In this document: piece by piece, positions 27,540-37,059 of the stretch
Position numbering within the stretch: the first letter of the stretch is position 1
Layout of the letters: every line of letters begins with the position of its first letter
NCBI GenBank assembly: GCA_050950825.1
Contig: JBMNIH010000003.1
Coordinates: forward strand, 64,001-128,000
Source of the DNA: Clostridia bacterium
GTDB taxonomy: Bacteria; Bacillota; Clostridia; JAAYHZ01
Direction: 5' to 3'
Length of the DNA stretch: 64,000 bases
Translations under genes and position numbers: made by a program
The notes under the pieces: model-generated
What the model was told of the DNA's origin: nothing
Seen by the model: the letters and a program-made list of their open reading frames with translations, nothing else
Databases searched by the model: none

Positions 27540-29366
27540 ATGAAAAGGCTTCTAATTTTTACACTTGTTTTTGCATTACTGATATCTTTTGTTGCTTGTG
27601 CCGGCAGAACGGAAGATGATAGCTCTGACTCAACGACGACACAAAATACAACAACGACAACAAAAGTCGAAACAACAACGACTATAGAGAATCCTTTCAC
27701 CGAACATTTACAACTTACCTATTTAGTTGCATTTGCACTTGGCTACGAAGAAGGTCGCTGGGATGAACTGGAGCTTGAAGAAAAGTTCAATATCGATTTG
27801 AAGGTGTGGACTATTGATGCGGAAAGTTCCGAACAATGTACGTTGATGGCCGCTGCAGGTGATTGGCCTGATACAGGACACGTAGCTGCATATAGTCCTA
27901 ATCGTGCTTATGACGAAGGATTAATAAGGAGTATTTCGCTTGAGCAAATTCGAACCATGCTGCCGGAATATTACGGTATTCTTGAAAGCAACCCCATTGG
28001 ATTTAAAATAAACCAAATACAAGACAAACCCGGACATTATTACGGATTGTCTTTCTGCTATTCCCAAAACAACTATTGGTACCATGTAAATTGTTTCCGT
28101 TTGGATTGGCTCGAAAATATAGGTTATTCTATTAACGATTTAACCGAGGTAATATTTACCGATGATTTAATGAAAGAAGCCGATGATGTCGTCTACCTTT
28201 CAAATCGAGTGTTTACGTATGAGGAATTTAAAGATATAATGAGGGCTTTCACGGAAGAAGACCCTGATGGAAATGGAAACGACGATACATACGGTGCGAT
28301 GTTTCCGCTCTATGGGCCTTCTTTCGGGAGCACTTGGACAGATCTTTATACAGGTATGTTCGGTATTACAAAATCATATTCAACATGGTTATATTATGAA
28401 AAAGATACAGGCGACTATGTTCCCCCATATGCATACCACGGATGGAGGGATTTTTTAGTTTTCATTAACGAGATGTTAACGAAAGGCTATATGACCTATA
28501 TGCCCGATATCGCAAATGGAGATTATCTCAGTAACTTCTACGGTAATATATTAACTTGCCAATACGGTCATTTCCCTTTGGATACTAAATTTAATATGAA
28601 TCCCGGGGCTTCCGATCCTCCTATTGAAAGCGGAATACCTTTGGGCATGATGAAAAAAGATCCGGATGTTCGTCTGGTTATAGTACCCGCCATACTCGGA
28701 CCGGACGGAGTCGGCGGTAATGCGAGATATGTCGATTTGCCGTTCCGCGATGGAAGCTGGGGCACTTGGACATTTGGAATTGGATGCACGGATGAAAAAC
28801 TCGAAAGAGCATTAGCTTTAATGAGGTATACGCATTTTACGGATGAAGGTTTCTACCGCTATTATTACGGCATTGAAGGTATTCATTTTCGTTGGACCGG
28901 AGAACCTTACAACTCCGCAGCTGCACGAATTGACAGATCAAAAATTCCTCGAGAATATGCCGTTACGGCAGTGCAAGATATTTTTGCAACGGACAAATTT
29001 TTAGCGGATTTTCGTAAGTGGTCCATGATAGGTGAGTTTTTTTATCAATTAGGTAATTATCAGATAGATAACGGGTGGTACTTAAATTATACTCTAGAAC
29101 CGGATAAATTAATACACCGCCTCTATATGGGTGATGAATTGTATGAGGAATATATAGACTTATACAATGAAATTGGCAATGATATAATTACAGTGGCTTC
29201 TGACTTTAGAAATAAGGCTTTTAGAGGAGAACTGGCGAATATTAACGCCGAATGGCAAAATTATATCGAAACATTATATAATGCAGGTTTAAAACAATTA
29301 GTAGAAATATTTAATAGAGAAGATTTTGGTTTATACGATATCGATAAAACTGCTTTGTATCAATAA
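27540..29366 (+). CDS. Extracellular solute-binding lipoprotein (paralog 2)
   Basis: MKRLLIFTLVFALLISFVAC lipobox, Thr-rich linker, ENPF, EEGRWDELELEE, FRLDWLENIGY, RAFTEEDPDGNGNDDTYG, YGIEGIHF; GGAGG RBS. Confidence 0.85.
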   Translation: MKRLLIFTLVFALLISFVACAGRTEDDSSDSTTTQNTTTTTKVETTTTIENPFTEHLQLTYLVAFALGYEEGRWDELELEEKFNIDLKVWTIDAESSEQCTLMAAAGDWPDTGHVAAYSPNRAYDEGLIRSISLEQIRTMLPEYYGILESNPIGFKINQIQDKPGHYYGLSFCYSQNNYWYHVNCFRLDWLENIGYSINDLTEVIFTDDLMKEADDVVYLSNRVFTYEEFKDIMRAFTEEDPDGNGNDDTYGAMFPLYGPSFGSTWTDLYTGMFGITKSYSTWLYYEKDTGDYVPPYAYHGWRDFLVFINEMLTKGYMTYMPDIANGDYLSNFYGNILTCQYGHFPLDTKFNMNPGASDPPIESGIPLGMMKKDPDVRLVIVPAILGPDGVGGNARYVDLPFRDGSWGTWTFGIGCTDEKLERALALMRYTHFTDEGFYRYYYGIEGIHFRWTGEPYNSAAARIDRSKIPREYAVTAVQDIFATDKFLADFRKWSMIGEFFYQLGNYQIDNGWYLNYTLEPDKLIHRLYMGDELYEEYIDLYNEIGNDIITVASDFRNKAFRGELANINAEWQNYIETLYNAGLKQLVEIFNREDFGLYDIDKTALYQ

Positions 29367-29385
29367 GAATTATTTTAATGAATCG

Positions 29386-29417
29386 TATCCGGCTAAACAT
29401 ATCTAGCCGGATATTTT
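29386..29417 (+). terminator. Rho-independent terminator after SBP paralog 2
   Basis: TATCCGGCTA-N8-TAGCCGGATA-TTTT. Confidence 0.75.
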
Positions 29418-29811
29418 ATTTATCGTATAACAAACCGGGAAATAAATTTATTTTTATTATTGCTATGAGGGTCATTTTCCTTTCATGTAATTCTATTCAC
29501 AGTAAAAGTCGCATTTAAGCATCCCTTTTTATTATAATGTCGGTTACAATCAAAAATGCTCTTCTGCGACTTTTTATGTATTTTTACCATTCGACTGCTT
29601 ATTTAATTGCAAAAACAAATCTTCTTCTGCAAGAATGCTCCTGTTTTGCCGTTGACCTTTGAATAAGTCATTTGGAATGATTCCAACAATAGGATCATAT
29701 TTAATAATTACCTTTCAAAAAATCGTTGTATTTATTTACTATACCCGTAATTTCCGAACTTTCCACTTTACGCATCAATCCGGAATTAACCGTTCTGTAT
29801 ATTTGATGCGT

Positions 29812-30679
29812 TTACCAAAAACGATTCCTTTCCTCATTCCACTTCATGATGTTTTCATCGTATTTTAATGTCCTAATAACCTTGAGCACCGCTCGAGTGA
29901 GCAGCCGCATGGCACATTTACCGAACCTTTCATTGCAGCCGTAGGGCGTATCGCCTGCATAATTGTTCGGATAGTTGACGCTCCAAAATTGCGTCGATTC
30001 TCCGAGGCCAAGCTCATATAAGTAATCCGCTCTATGGGTAGAAAGACCGGATAAGGCGTCGGCTTTGTCCATTCTTACAAGTTCGGGGCGGCAGCCGAAA
30101 ATAAGGGCGGTTTCGCCAAATCCTGCGTGCCCGTATGTCCGCTTGTTTTCAACAAATTCCTTTATAACCTCGATATCTTCATCGGTAAGTTCATATAGCG
30201 CCTCACGTCCCTTCTTTTTCAAGCACTTCCATCATGTAATACGGACTGCCGTATTTCGCGCCGAGAGAACATGAGGTAACCACATAATCCTTTTTATCAT
30301 GTAATGTGCTGCGTATGAAGTTCCCGATCATGAATTTATTGCCGCCGTGGCTGTTAAGCAGCAATATTTTTTTAAAACCGTTCCTTGCAATTTCGGAGCA
30401 CAGCTGCTTTAATAGCTCCTGCTGAAGCTCGACGGTGAGTCTTATGGCACCCTTCCAACGTATATGGCCTTGTACATCGCCAAACATAAAGGGCGGAAAC
30501 TCCATCACAGGCTCAATTTTGGCCGCTTCATGAAGAGCGTATGTAATTTTCATTGTGTCGGTAGCTACCGGCAAGTGTTGTCCGTGCATCTCAAGACACC
30601 CTACGGGCATCACGCAAAGCCCCTTCGTTTCTTCAATGGCTTCGTAAAACTCTTCTTCTCTCAAATCGGTCCACAGCAT
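29812..30679 (-). pseudogene. Creatininase/amidohydrolase-family gene, frameshifted
   Basis: GCLEMHGQHLPVATD and NSHGGN lie in ORF 30203-30679; HAGFGET lies in ORF 29812-30222. The frames join if one A is removed from the A5 run (T5 at 30215-30219). Confidence 0.85.
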
Positions 30680-30712
30680 ATCTTTACGCTCCTTCCGATG
30701 GATTTTTAGTCG

Positions 30713-31571
30713 TTATATAATGATTTTATTCATCACTTCATCGTTTTTTAACAACTTTAATACTTTCACCGTTCGTTCTACGGCGATCTCAACGGCTGCT
30801 TCTCCAATGGCATGGCTGCAGCCTATAGGTGCATGCCCGCTGTAAGCATTCGGGAAATTTCTATACCATGCCTTGCCCCAAAATAGGCCTTGTTCCGTTA
30901 TCGGGTCGGCTATATGCGTACTCATACCGGATTCCGCTTCCGCGCGGTCGAGTCTTACGAGCTCCGGATACGTTCCCATCACCATTGCGGTTTCTCCGAA
31001 CCCGGCATGGCCGTCAAATTTGCCTTTTGCAACGTAGTCCTCAAGCACGGCCACATCTTCATCCGTAAGGTTCGGGAAATAGTCCCGTCCCCGTTCATGA
31101 ATGACTCCTAGAATATCCTTAGGCATAATAAGCTTGTTGTAGAATATAAACACTTCATAGCTTTTTTTCGTTGAGGTAACGGCACGTGCGAAATTCTGCA
31201 AAAAGGCGTTATTGCCTCCGTGGCTTGAAAACAGCAATATCTTGGTAAAGCCGTTACGCCCGATCTCGTCGCAGATCTCACGTAAAAGACTTAACAGAAG
31301 CTCCGAGCTGAGTGCAACATAACCGTAATGAGCGCCTTCCCCCGCTCTATTTGCCTGAACTCCTTGTAAATCTCCGAAAAATAAAGGAGGAAAAACACAT
31401 ACTTCTTCTCTCTCCGAAGCCAATTCAAGTATTTTTCCTCCTTTTAGCGTATCCGTTCCTAACGGAAGATGTTGACCGTGTTTTTCTATGGAACCTATCG
31501 CCATTGCACACACCGTGAACACGTTCAAACATCGGCTTAAATTCTTCTTCTCGCAAGTTTATCCACAACAT
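30713..31571 (-). pseudogene. Creatininase/amidohydrolase-family gene, frameshifted near 5' end
   Basis: The true start MLWINLREEEF at 31571 (GAGGTG RBS) matches paralog MLWTDLREEEF but is out of frame with GSIEKHGQHLPLGTD/SSHGGN/HAGFGET. Adding one TG unit to the (TG)n run at ~31507-31513 restores the frame. Confidence 0.82.
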
Positions 31572-31671
31572 AATGACACCTCTTAAACAATAATAATATT
31601 CATTAACTTAATCCATAAAGATACCGGTTTTTCGGATAAGCCGGTGACATGGCTTCATCCGTCTTTTTGTT

Positions 31672-33762
31672 TCATGCACGCCATTCTTCGTCCGTTTTTT
31701 TATCTAAGTGCAGGCTGTTTTCATAATCTTCTCTAGGTCCTGCATCGCTGTTGTCGATAGGCTGAAAGCCTAAGTCAAAAGCGGGGGAATTAGAGTGAAG
31801 CGCAAAATCACGGTTTTGGATATCTTTAAATAGAGGATCGCAAATTAAGGAATGACGGTCATAATCAAGATCGTTCCACTGCCTCATCATGATTTTATCC
31901 TCATCGGAAAACTCTTTAAAGGAGTATCCTTTTTGTATCCAACAGAAAGGTTCCTTTTGAGACATGTCATAAAACAGATTGAGGTCACTGAAAAAATTCC
32001 CCTTCTCCAAAACTTTCTCCTGTGCCCCTATGAAAACCGGCTTTCCGTTTGTTATGAGAATATTGCGGTAGAAAGAAAACTGTTTATGCCCTTCGTTGCG
32101 TAAAAGTCTTACAACCCCTTCTTCACCGAAGGCGAATATATTATTCCTTACGATATTCTCCCTTCCGTAGTGTTGGTCAAACACCTGGCTGTTGGTATCG
32201 TAGCAGATATTGTTTTCTATCAATACATGGGAGCATCCCTCGTCCGTATATATGGCCCAACCGCCGTAATTGCATTTTTCTATATCGTGGATCAGGTTCC
32301 CTCGTACTACGGTACCCGGCTGAATGCCTAAAAGGTATATGCCGCCCATATCGCTTAAAAGGCCTTTGCCCAAATGGTGGATGTGATTTTTTTCGATGAT
32401 ATTTTCTCTTGAAATATTATCGTGATATCCCCAAATCCAGCCGCAGGAAATGCCGGAATAGTAAAGGTCTTGAATATCGTTGTGAGCGATTATATTCTTA
32501 AAAGAATGCATCGAGCAAATGCCTACGCCGCTGTGAAAGATGTGGCCGCCGTTGAATATCCGGTTGTCCGTGATTTTATTTTTTCCCGTCCTTTTGCATG
32601 CCGGGCCGTTCGCATCCGCTCCGTTGATTTTGATTCCCCCTGCTCCCATGTCGCTGATCTCATTGCCTGCAATGAGGTTATCCGTACAGCCGTAGGAAAG
32701 CTCGATTCCGTATCCTCCCGTTCGGTTGACTTTACATTCCCTAAAGGAGCATTCTTTTGCTCCCATAACATGTATGGCCGCCGAAACGTCAAAGGCCGCT
32801 TGCAGCCATCTTTCTTTATCTTCTCTTGTATAGAGCACTTCGGTTCGGTCGTTTTCGGTAAAGGAGAATTGAATGCCGGTAAACCCGACGTTATGTATAT
32901 ACCTTCCTTCTTCAGGGCTTCCTTGAAGTATCAGTATATGTTCAAGATAAGGCACGATGACCTCCGTATTCTCCGGGTCTTCGCCTTCTTTCGGGATGTA
33001 GTATAGCATTCCGGTTTTTTTGTTTAAATACCATTCGCCGGGCTCCTTCAGCTCCTCAAAAACATTTTCAACATAATATCTTGCATATTTTTCTCGAACG
33101 TCGTCCTTTAATACGAATACGCTCTTTTGGCTTAATTCCACCGTATTCGTCCGTTCATCGAAGCTTTTTATGTTTATTCTTTCTTCCGTCCAATAGTGGA
33201 GAATGACAACCGTCACATCTTCCATGTTTGTCCACGGCTTGATGTCTCCTTCCTTACATACAAATCGGTCGGTTCCGTTTAGTAAAGAGGAACGAAAATC
33301 GACTCCGGGAACGGATTCGATATAATGCCATCCTTCTTTGGGGTACCGGGCGGGGTATCTTCTTTCGCCGTTGACGAAAAGCTGTTTAAAATGCCATTTC
33401 CCTGAAGCCGCTTCCGGAATATACGTATACCACATTTTTATACCGCTTATTTCTCCGACTTTCCAACCTGAAATCTTCCTTCCGCCGCTTAACACGGGGC
33501 GCTTTCCCGGGTATGCGCAAACATCGATTTGCGAGTCCGAATCCGTGAATATAACGGGCTTATCCAATTCATAATAACCGTCGTCCATCCAAATGCAAAA
33601 GGGCGCATCCGTTTTTTCTTTTGCTCTCTGCTCGCGAACGGTTTTAAGGGCTCCCTGCAACGTCGCCAAGGGGCCGTCCGTACCTTCTTCGTTCGCTTTC
33701 ATCAATTTTCCTGACCAAGTGTCATTTCCCGTTAAGGATACATAAAGATCCGTGGTTTTCAT
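31672..33762 (-). CDS. Right-handed parallel beta-helix carbohydrate-active enzyme (GH141-like)
   Basis: YVSLTGND.WSG, GPLATL, LSGG, QLFVNG, YYVEN.FEEL..PGEWY, PbH1 repeats, LSDMGGIY, IYTDEG; no signal peptide. Confidence 0.8.
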   Translation of the reverse strand: MKTTDLYVSLTGNDTWSGKLMKANEEGTDGPLATLQGALKTVREQRAKEKTDAPFCIWMDDGYYELDKPVIFTDSDSQIDVCAYPGKRPVLSGGRKISGWKVGEISGIKMWYTYIPEAASGKWHFKQLFVNGERRYPARYPKEGWHYIESVPGVDFRSSLLNGTDRFVCKEGDIKPWTNMEDVTVVILHYWTEERINIKSFDERTNTVELSQKSVFVLKDDVREKYARYYVENVFEELKEPGEWYLNKKTGMLYYIPKEGEDPENTEVIVPYLEHILILQGSPEEGRYIHNVGFTGIQFSFTENDRTEVLYTREDKERWLQAAFDVSAAIHVMGAKECSFRECKVNRTGGYGIELSYGCTDNLIAGNEISDMGAGGIKINGADANGPACKRTGKNKITDNRIFNGGHIFHSGVGICSMHSFKNIIAHNDIQDLYYSGISCGWIWGYHDNISRENIIEKNHIHHLGKGLLSDMGGIYLLGIQPGTVVRGNLIHDIEKCNYGGWAIYTDEGCSHVLIENNICYDTNSQVFDQHYGRENIVRNNIFAFGEEGVVRLLRNEGHKQFSFYRNILITNGKPVFIGAQEKVLEKGNFFSDLNLFYDMSQKEPFCWIQKGYSFKEFSDEDKIMMRQWNDLDYDRHSLICDPLFKDIQNRDFALHSNSPAFDLGFQPIDNSDAGPREDYENSLHLDKKTDEEWRA

Positions 33763-33802
33763 AGCACCTATTCTCCTTTGGGGGTTGTCATATTCAATCG
33801 CA

Positions 33803-34690
33803 TTACAGAACCTTGTTCTCATTTACCCACTTTTTGTAATCCGTCGGAGCCATTCCCACAAAATTTCGGAAAGCGCGACTAAATGCATGAATGGATTTAT
33901 AGCCTAACACCTCGGAAACCTCCGTAATGCTAGTGTCCGTTGAAATCATTTCTTTAGCTTTTTCGAAACGCTTTTTATCGTAATAGGATTTTAAGCTTTC
34001 ACCCATAACGTCTTTAAATTTATGAGAAATATGAGAATAACTATATCCTAATATTTCGCAAAGATTTGTTAAACCGTTAATGTTATGAATCTCCGTGTCG
34101 ATATAGTGGACGATGTCATAAACGAGCTTGTTATTCACATCCTTTTCTTCCGATGCGTATACGTGATATTTCTGCTGGCTGAAGCTTCGATAGGTATTAA
34201 TGAGAATTTGATCGATATAGTCCTCTATCATTTTGCCGGAAAAACTGTCCCCCATCTTAATTTCGATTAAAAGCTTCGTAAACAATTCGGTCATTCCGCT
34301 TACGTGGCAAACATAACGGTTTTGAATATTGTCAAAAAAGTTTTTGAGCCGGAGAATTTGAAAGTTTTTGATATCGTTTGCAAAGTCAAAGCCTAAATAA
34401 AAAAACCTTAGAGGATCTAAGGAAGACGACTGGATTTCGTGCTTTTCACCGATTTTATTTATAAACAGCATGCCGGATGACACTTCATATCGGTCATTGT
34501 TTACAAGGAAGACTCCTTTTCCGGAAACGATGAAGCTGATTTCATACACCTTTTGGGTATGATTCCATACTTGATATCCCGGTTCACAGCACAAATCTCC
34601 CGTTTGATAAAGGATATACGAACCGAAACGGTTGCTTACGTCTTTAAACCAATAATCAAAATGAAACTTAAACCTTCGGTTTGGCAACAT
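33803..34690 (-). CDS. AraC-family transcriptional regulator
   Basis: Cupin N-terminus (HTQ..YEISFIVSGKG); SITEVSEVLGYKSIHAFSRAFRNFVGMAPTDYK. Confidence 0.92.
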   Translation of the reverse strand: MLPNRRFKFHFDYWFKDVSNRFGSYILYQTGDLCCEPGYQVWNHTQKVYEISFIVSGKGVFLVNNDRYEVSSGMLFINKIGEKHEIQSSSLDPLRFFYLGFDFANDIKNFQILRLKNFFDNIQNRYVCHVSGMTELFTKLLIEIKMGDSFSGKMIEDYIDQILINTYRSFSQQKYHVYASEEKDVNNKLVYDIVHYIDTEIHNINGLTNLCEILGYSYSHISHKFKDVMGESLKSYYDKKRFEKAKEMISTDTSITEVSEVLGYKSIHAFSRAFRNFVGMAPTDYKKWVNENKVL

Positions 34691-34986
34691 AGATTACCCT
34701 ACCTCTAAATTCTACTTTACCATAATTATACATGAATTTCGCACTCGTTTGTTTGATATTTTTACAAAATTACTTATCATTTGTTGCAAGTTTGATAAAA
34801 CATGAACCGCAAAGGCTTATCTTTTTTCTTATGAACAATAGAAGATATGAAAGAAAAAAGCTTTTTAAAGATAAGTCAAAATGGCAAATATAGTTAAGGA
34901 AGTTGCTAAAGATATCAAATAAAAGAAAATTATTAAATGCTAGTATAGGCGTAAAGGATTTTTATCTTTACAGGAGGGAGATTCAG

Positions 34987-36879
34987 ATGAAACGGTCAAA
35001 GGTTCTTGCTATCGCTAGTATTATTTTCTTTATCTTTTCCTTTGCTGCTTGTTCGCAATCCCAAGAGCAACCGGAAGTAACGACAACTACTAGTGCACAA
35101 GTGACAACGCAAGCGGTTACAACCACAAAACAGCAAACATCCGCAACTGTTACCACTGCCGCAACAACGACACAGAAGGTCGAAGAAAACCCCTTCGCCG
35201 AATTCTACGAAATCAGTTGGCTGTACGGAATGTGTGCCGACTATGTGGAAGGTGCTTGGGATGAGTTGCTTCTTGAGGAAAGATACAATATCGACTTAAA
35301 GATTTGGAATATCAACCACACGGATACGGAAGGCTTATCCATGATGATTGCCGCCGGCGAAATTCCGGACGTAGGCCTTCTATCCAACTCGCCCTTAACC
35401 CCGGCCCAGCTGTATGACGAAGGCTTTACTCGTTCGGTGCCTTTGTCCATGATCCAACATTATTTTCCCCATTATTACGAGAAAATGCTGCAAAACCAGC
35501 CCACAAGCTTCCAATACAACAGAATAAAGGACACGGACGAATATTACGGACTGTCCGCCATTAACGTAACTTATCTGCGTTCATACAACGTTCCCCTGAT
35601 GCGCTTGGATTGGCTGGAAAACGTAGGCTACGAAATACCGGAAGAAGAGCTGACGAAAATAACGATGACCGATGAAAGGTACGGAAAATTCGACGGACAA
35701 TTATATATAACCAATTATTTGTTCGAGCACGAAGAAATGAACGATATTTTCAGGGCATTTACCGAAGATGACCCGGACGGAAACGGTGAAGACGATACAT
35801 ACGCCGCCGTCGCTTTCGCCCACTCTTCAAGAAACCATTGGTGGGACTTGTACTGGGGACAATTCGGAATCATCGGCTCCGATTTGAACTGGTTGTACTT
35901 AGACGATGCCTCCGGCAACGTGGTTCCCTTTTACGCATACACCGGCTGGAGAGACTATATGATTTGGGCTAGCAATATGTATGAAAAGGGCTACATGAGA
36001 ACTCTGGGCGAAGGGAACTGGCGTGATGTGATGGCTACCACATGGATGACGGGTAAGGTAGGCTACTTTAATGCCGACAGGCAGGTTATCGCAAGGCCGG
36101 ATTTGCCCGAAACATCGGATAAGCAGCCGCCGCAAAGCATATGGCTGAACACGGACCCGACGGCTACCTTTGTTATTTTCCCGTGCTTAAAAGGCCCCGG
36201 TGAAAATTACGGTACGAGAAGATACGAGATGACGGCAATGAGCGAAGCGAAGAACAGAGTATACACATTTGCCGCCACGGTTTCGGACGGAAAATTGGCT
36301 CGGGTATTCACCATGTGGAACGATATCAGCAGCGATCCTTACGGTGAATTCAGCGAAAAGATCCTCAACGGAATCGAAAAGATTCACTACACATGGTCCG
36401 GCGAGCCCTATAACAGCTCCAGAATGGTAACGGAAGCTACAAAGATACCTCCTCAGTACAGAAAAGGCGGCTTCTGGGGCGGCAACTTTATCGGAGAGGA
36501 AAACTTCTTCGTATATGAAGCCCACCGGCAAATATTGATATTCCAATATGAAAACATGTGGGTGGACAAGTACATGGTGGAACCGTACAAATATATTGCT
36601 CCTCTCGATATGGGACAAGAATTGTACGATGCGTACATGAAGGATTATAACGAGCTGAACAATGAAATCATGACGGTGGTCAACAACTTTGCAAACCGTG
36701 TATGGAGAGGACAAGTAGGCGATATCTACACCGAGTGGGAGCAGTACTTAACCCAGCTGTACAGTGCGGGACTGCAGACCATGGTGGATAAGTATTACAA
36801 CAACGACGCTTTCCAAAAGTATGAAGTACCCGACTTCGAAACAATCGTAAGCAATTTCCAATACTTTAAGAACAAATAA
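34987..36879 (+). CDS. Extracellular solute-binding lipoprotein (paralog 3)
   Basis: MKRSKVLAIASIIFFIFSFAAC lipobox, long Thr-rich linker, ENPFAE, EGAWDELLLEE, MRLDWLENVGY, RAFTEDDPDGNGEDDTY, NGIEKIHY; AGGAGG RBS. Confidence 0.85.
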   Translation: MKRSKVLAIASIIFFIFSFAACSQSQEQPEVTTTTSAQVTTQAVTTTKQQTSATVTTAATTTQKVEENPFAEFYEISWLYGMCADYVEGAWDELLLEERYNIDLKIWNINHTDTEGLSMMIAAGEIPDVGLLSNSPLTPAQLYDEGFTRSVPLSMIQHYFPHYYEKMLQNQPTSFQYNRIKDTDEYYGLSAINVTYLRSYNVPLMRLDWLENVGYEIPEEELTKITMTDERYGKFDGQLYITNYLFEHEEMNDIFRAFTEDDPDGNGEDDTYAAVAFAHSSRNHWWDLYWGQFGIIGSDLNWLYLDDASGNVVPFYAYTGWRDYMIWASNMYEKGYMRTLGEGNWRDVMATTWMTGKVGYFNADRQVIARPDLPETSDKQPPQSIWLNTDPTATFVIFPCLKGPGENYGTRRYEMTAMSEAKNRVYTFAATVSDGKLARVFTMWNDISSDPYGEFSEKILNGIEKIHYTWSGEPYNSSRMVTEATKIPPQYRKGGFWGGNFIGEENFFVYEAHRQILIFQYENMWVDKYMVEPYKYIAPLDMGQELYDAYMKDYNELNNEIMTVVNNFANRVWRGQVGDIYTEWEQYLTQLYSAGLQTMVDKYYNNDAFQKYEVPDFETIVSNFQYFKNK

Positions 36880-36900
36880 CGTATAACAAATATGACACAA

Positions 36901-36939
36901 GTTATGAAGAAAACAGGTTGTACCTGTTTTCTTCATAAC
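36901..36939. terminator. Perfect 18-bp stem-loop after SBP paralog 3
   Basis: GTTATGAAGAAAACAGGT-TGT-ACCTGTTTTCTTCATAAC. Confidence 0.75.
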
Positions 36940-37059
36940 ACACTTAAATTTTGCATCGTTTCGGAAATTCTTTACACCATTGTAATAAAAAATGAAAGAC
37001 TTTCGTTTTTTCTACACCTTTCTTCTTGTCATATTGATTCGGTAGCAAAGGAGATCAAT

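Noticed and set aside
27631-27684. ACA/ACG-rich repeats here and at 770-860 and 35080-35175 as possible VNTR or CRISPR
   Set aside because: They are imperfect codon repeats encoding Thr linkers, with no constant repeat-spacer structure and no cas genes.
29600-29700. Short minus-strand ORF (MILLLESFQ..., 31 aa) in the intergenic gap
   Set aside because: Weak RBS, no recognisable features or support.
30215-30222. Programmed -1 ribosomal frameshift at G AAA AAG
   Set aside because: Joining the two ORFs needs a +1 shift, not -1, and no stimulatory structure is evident.
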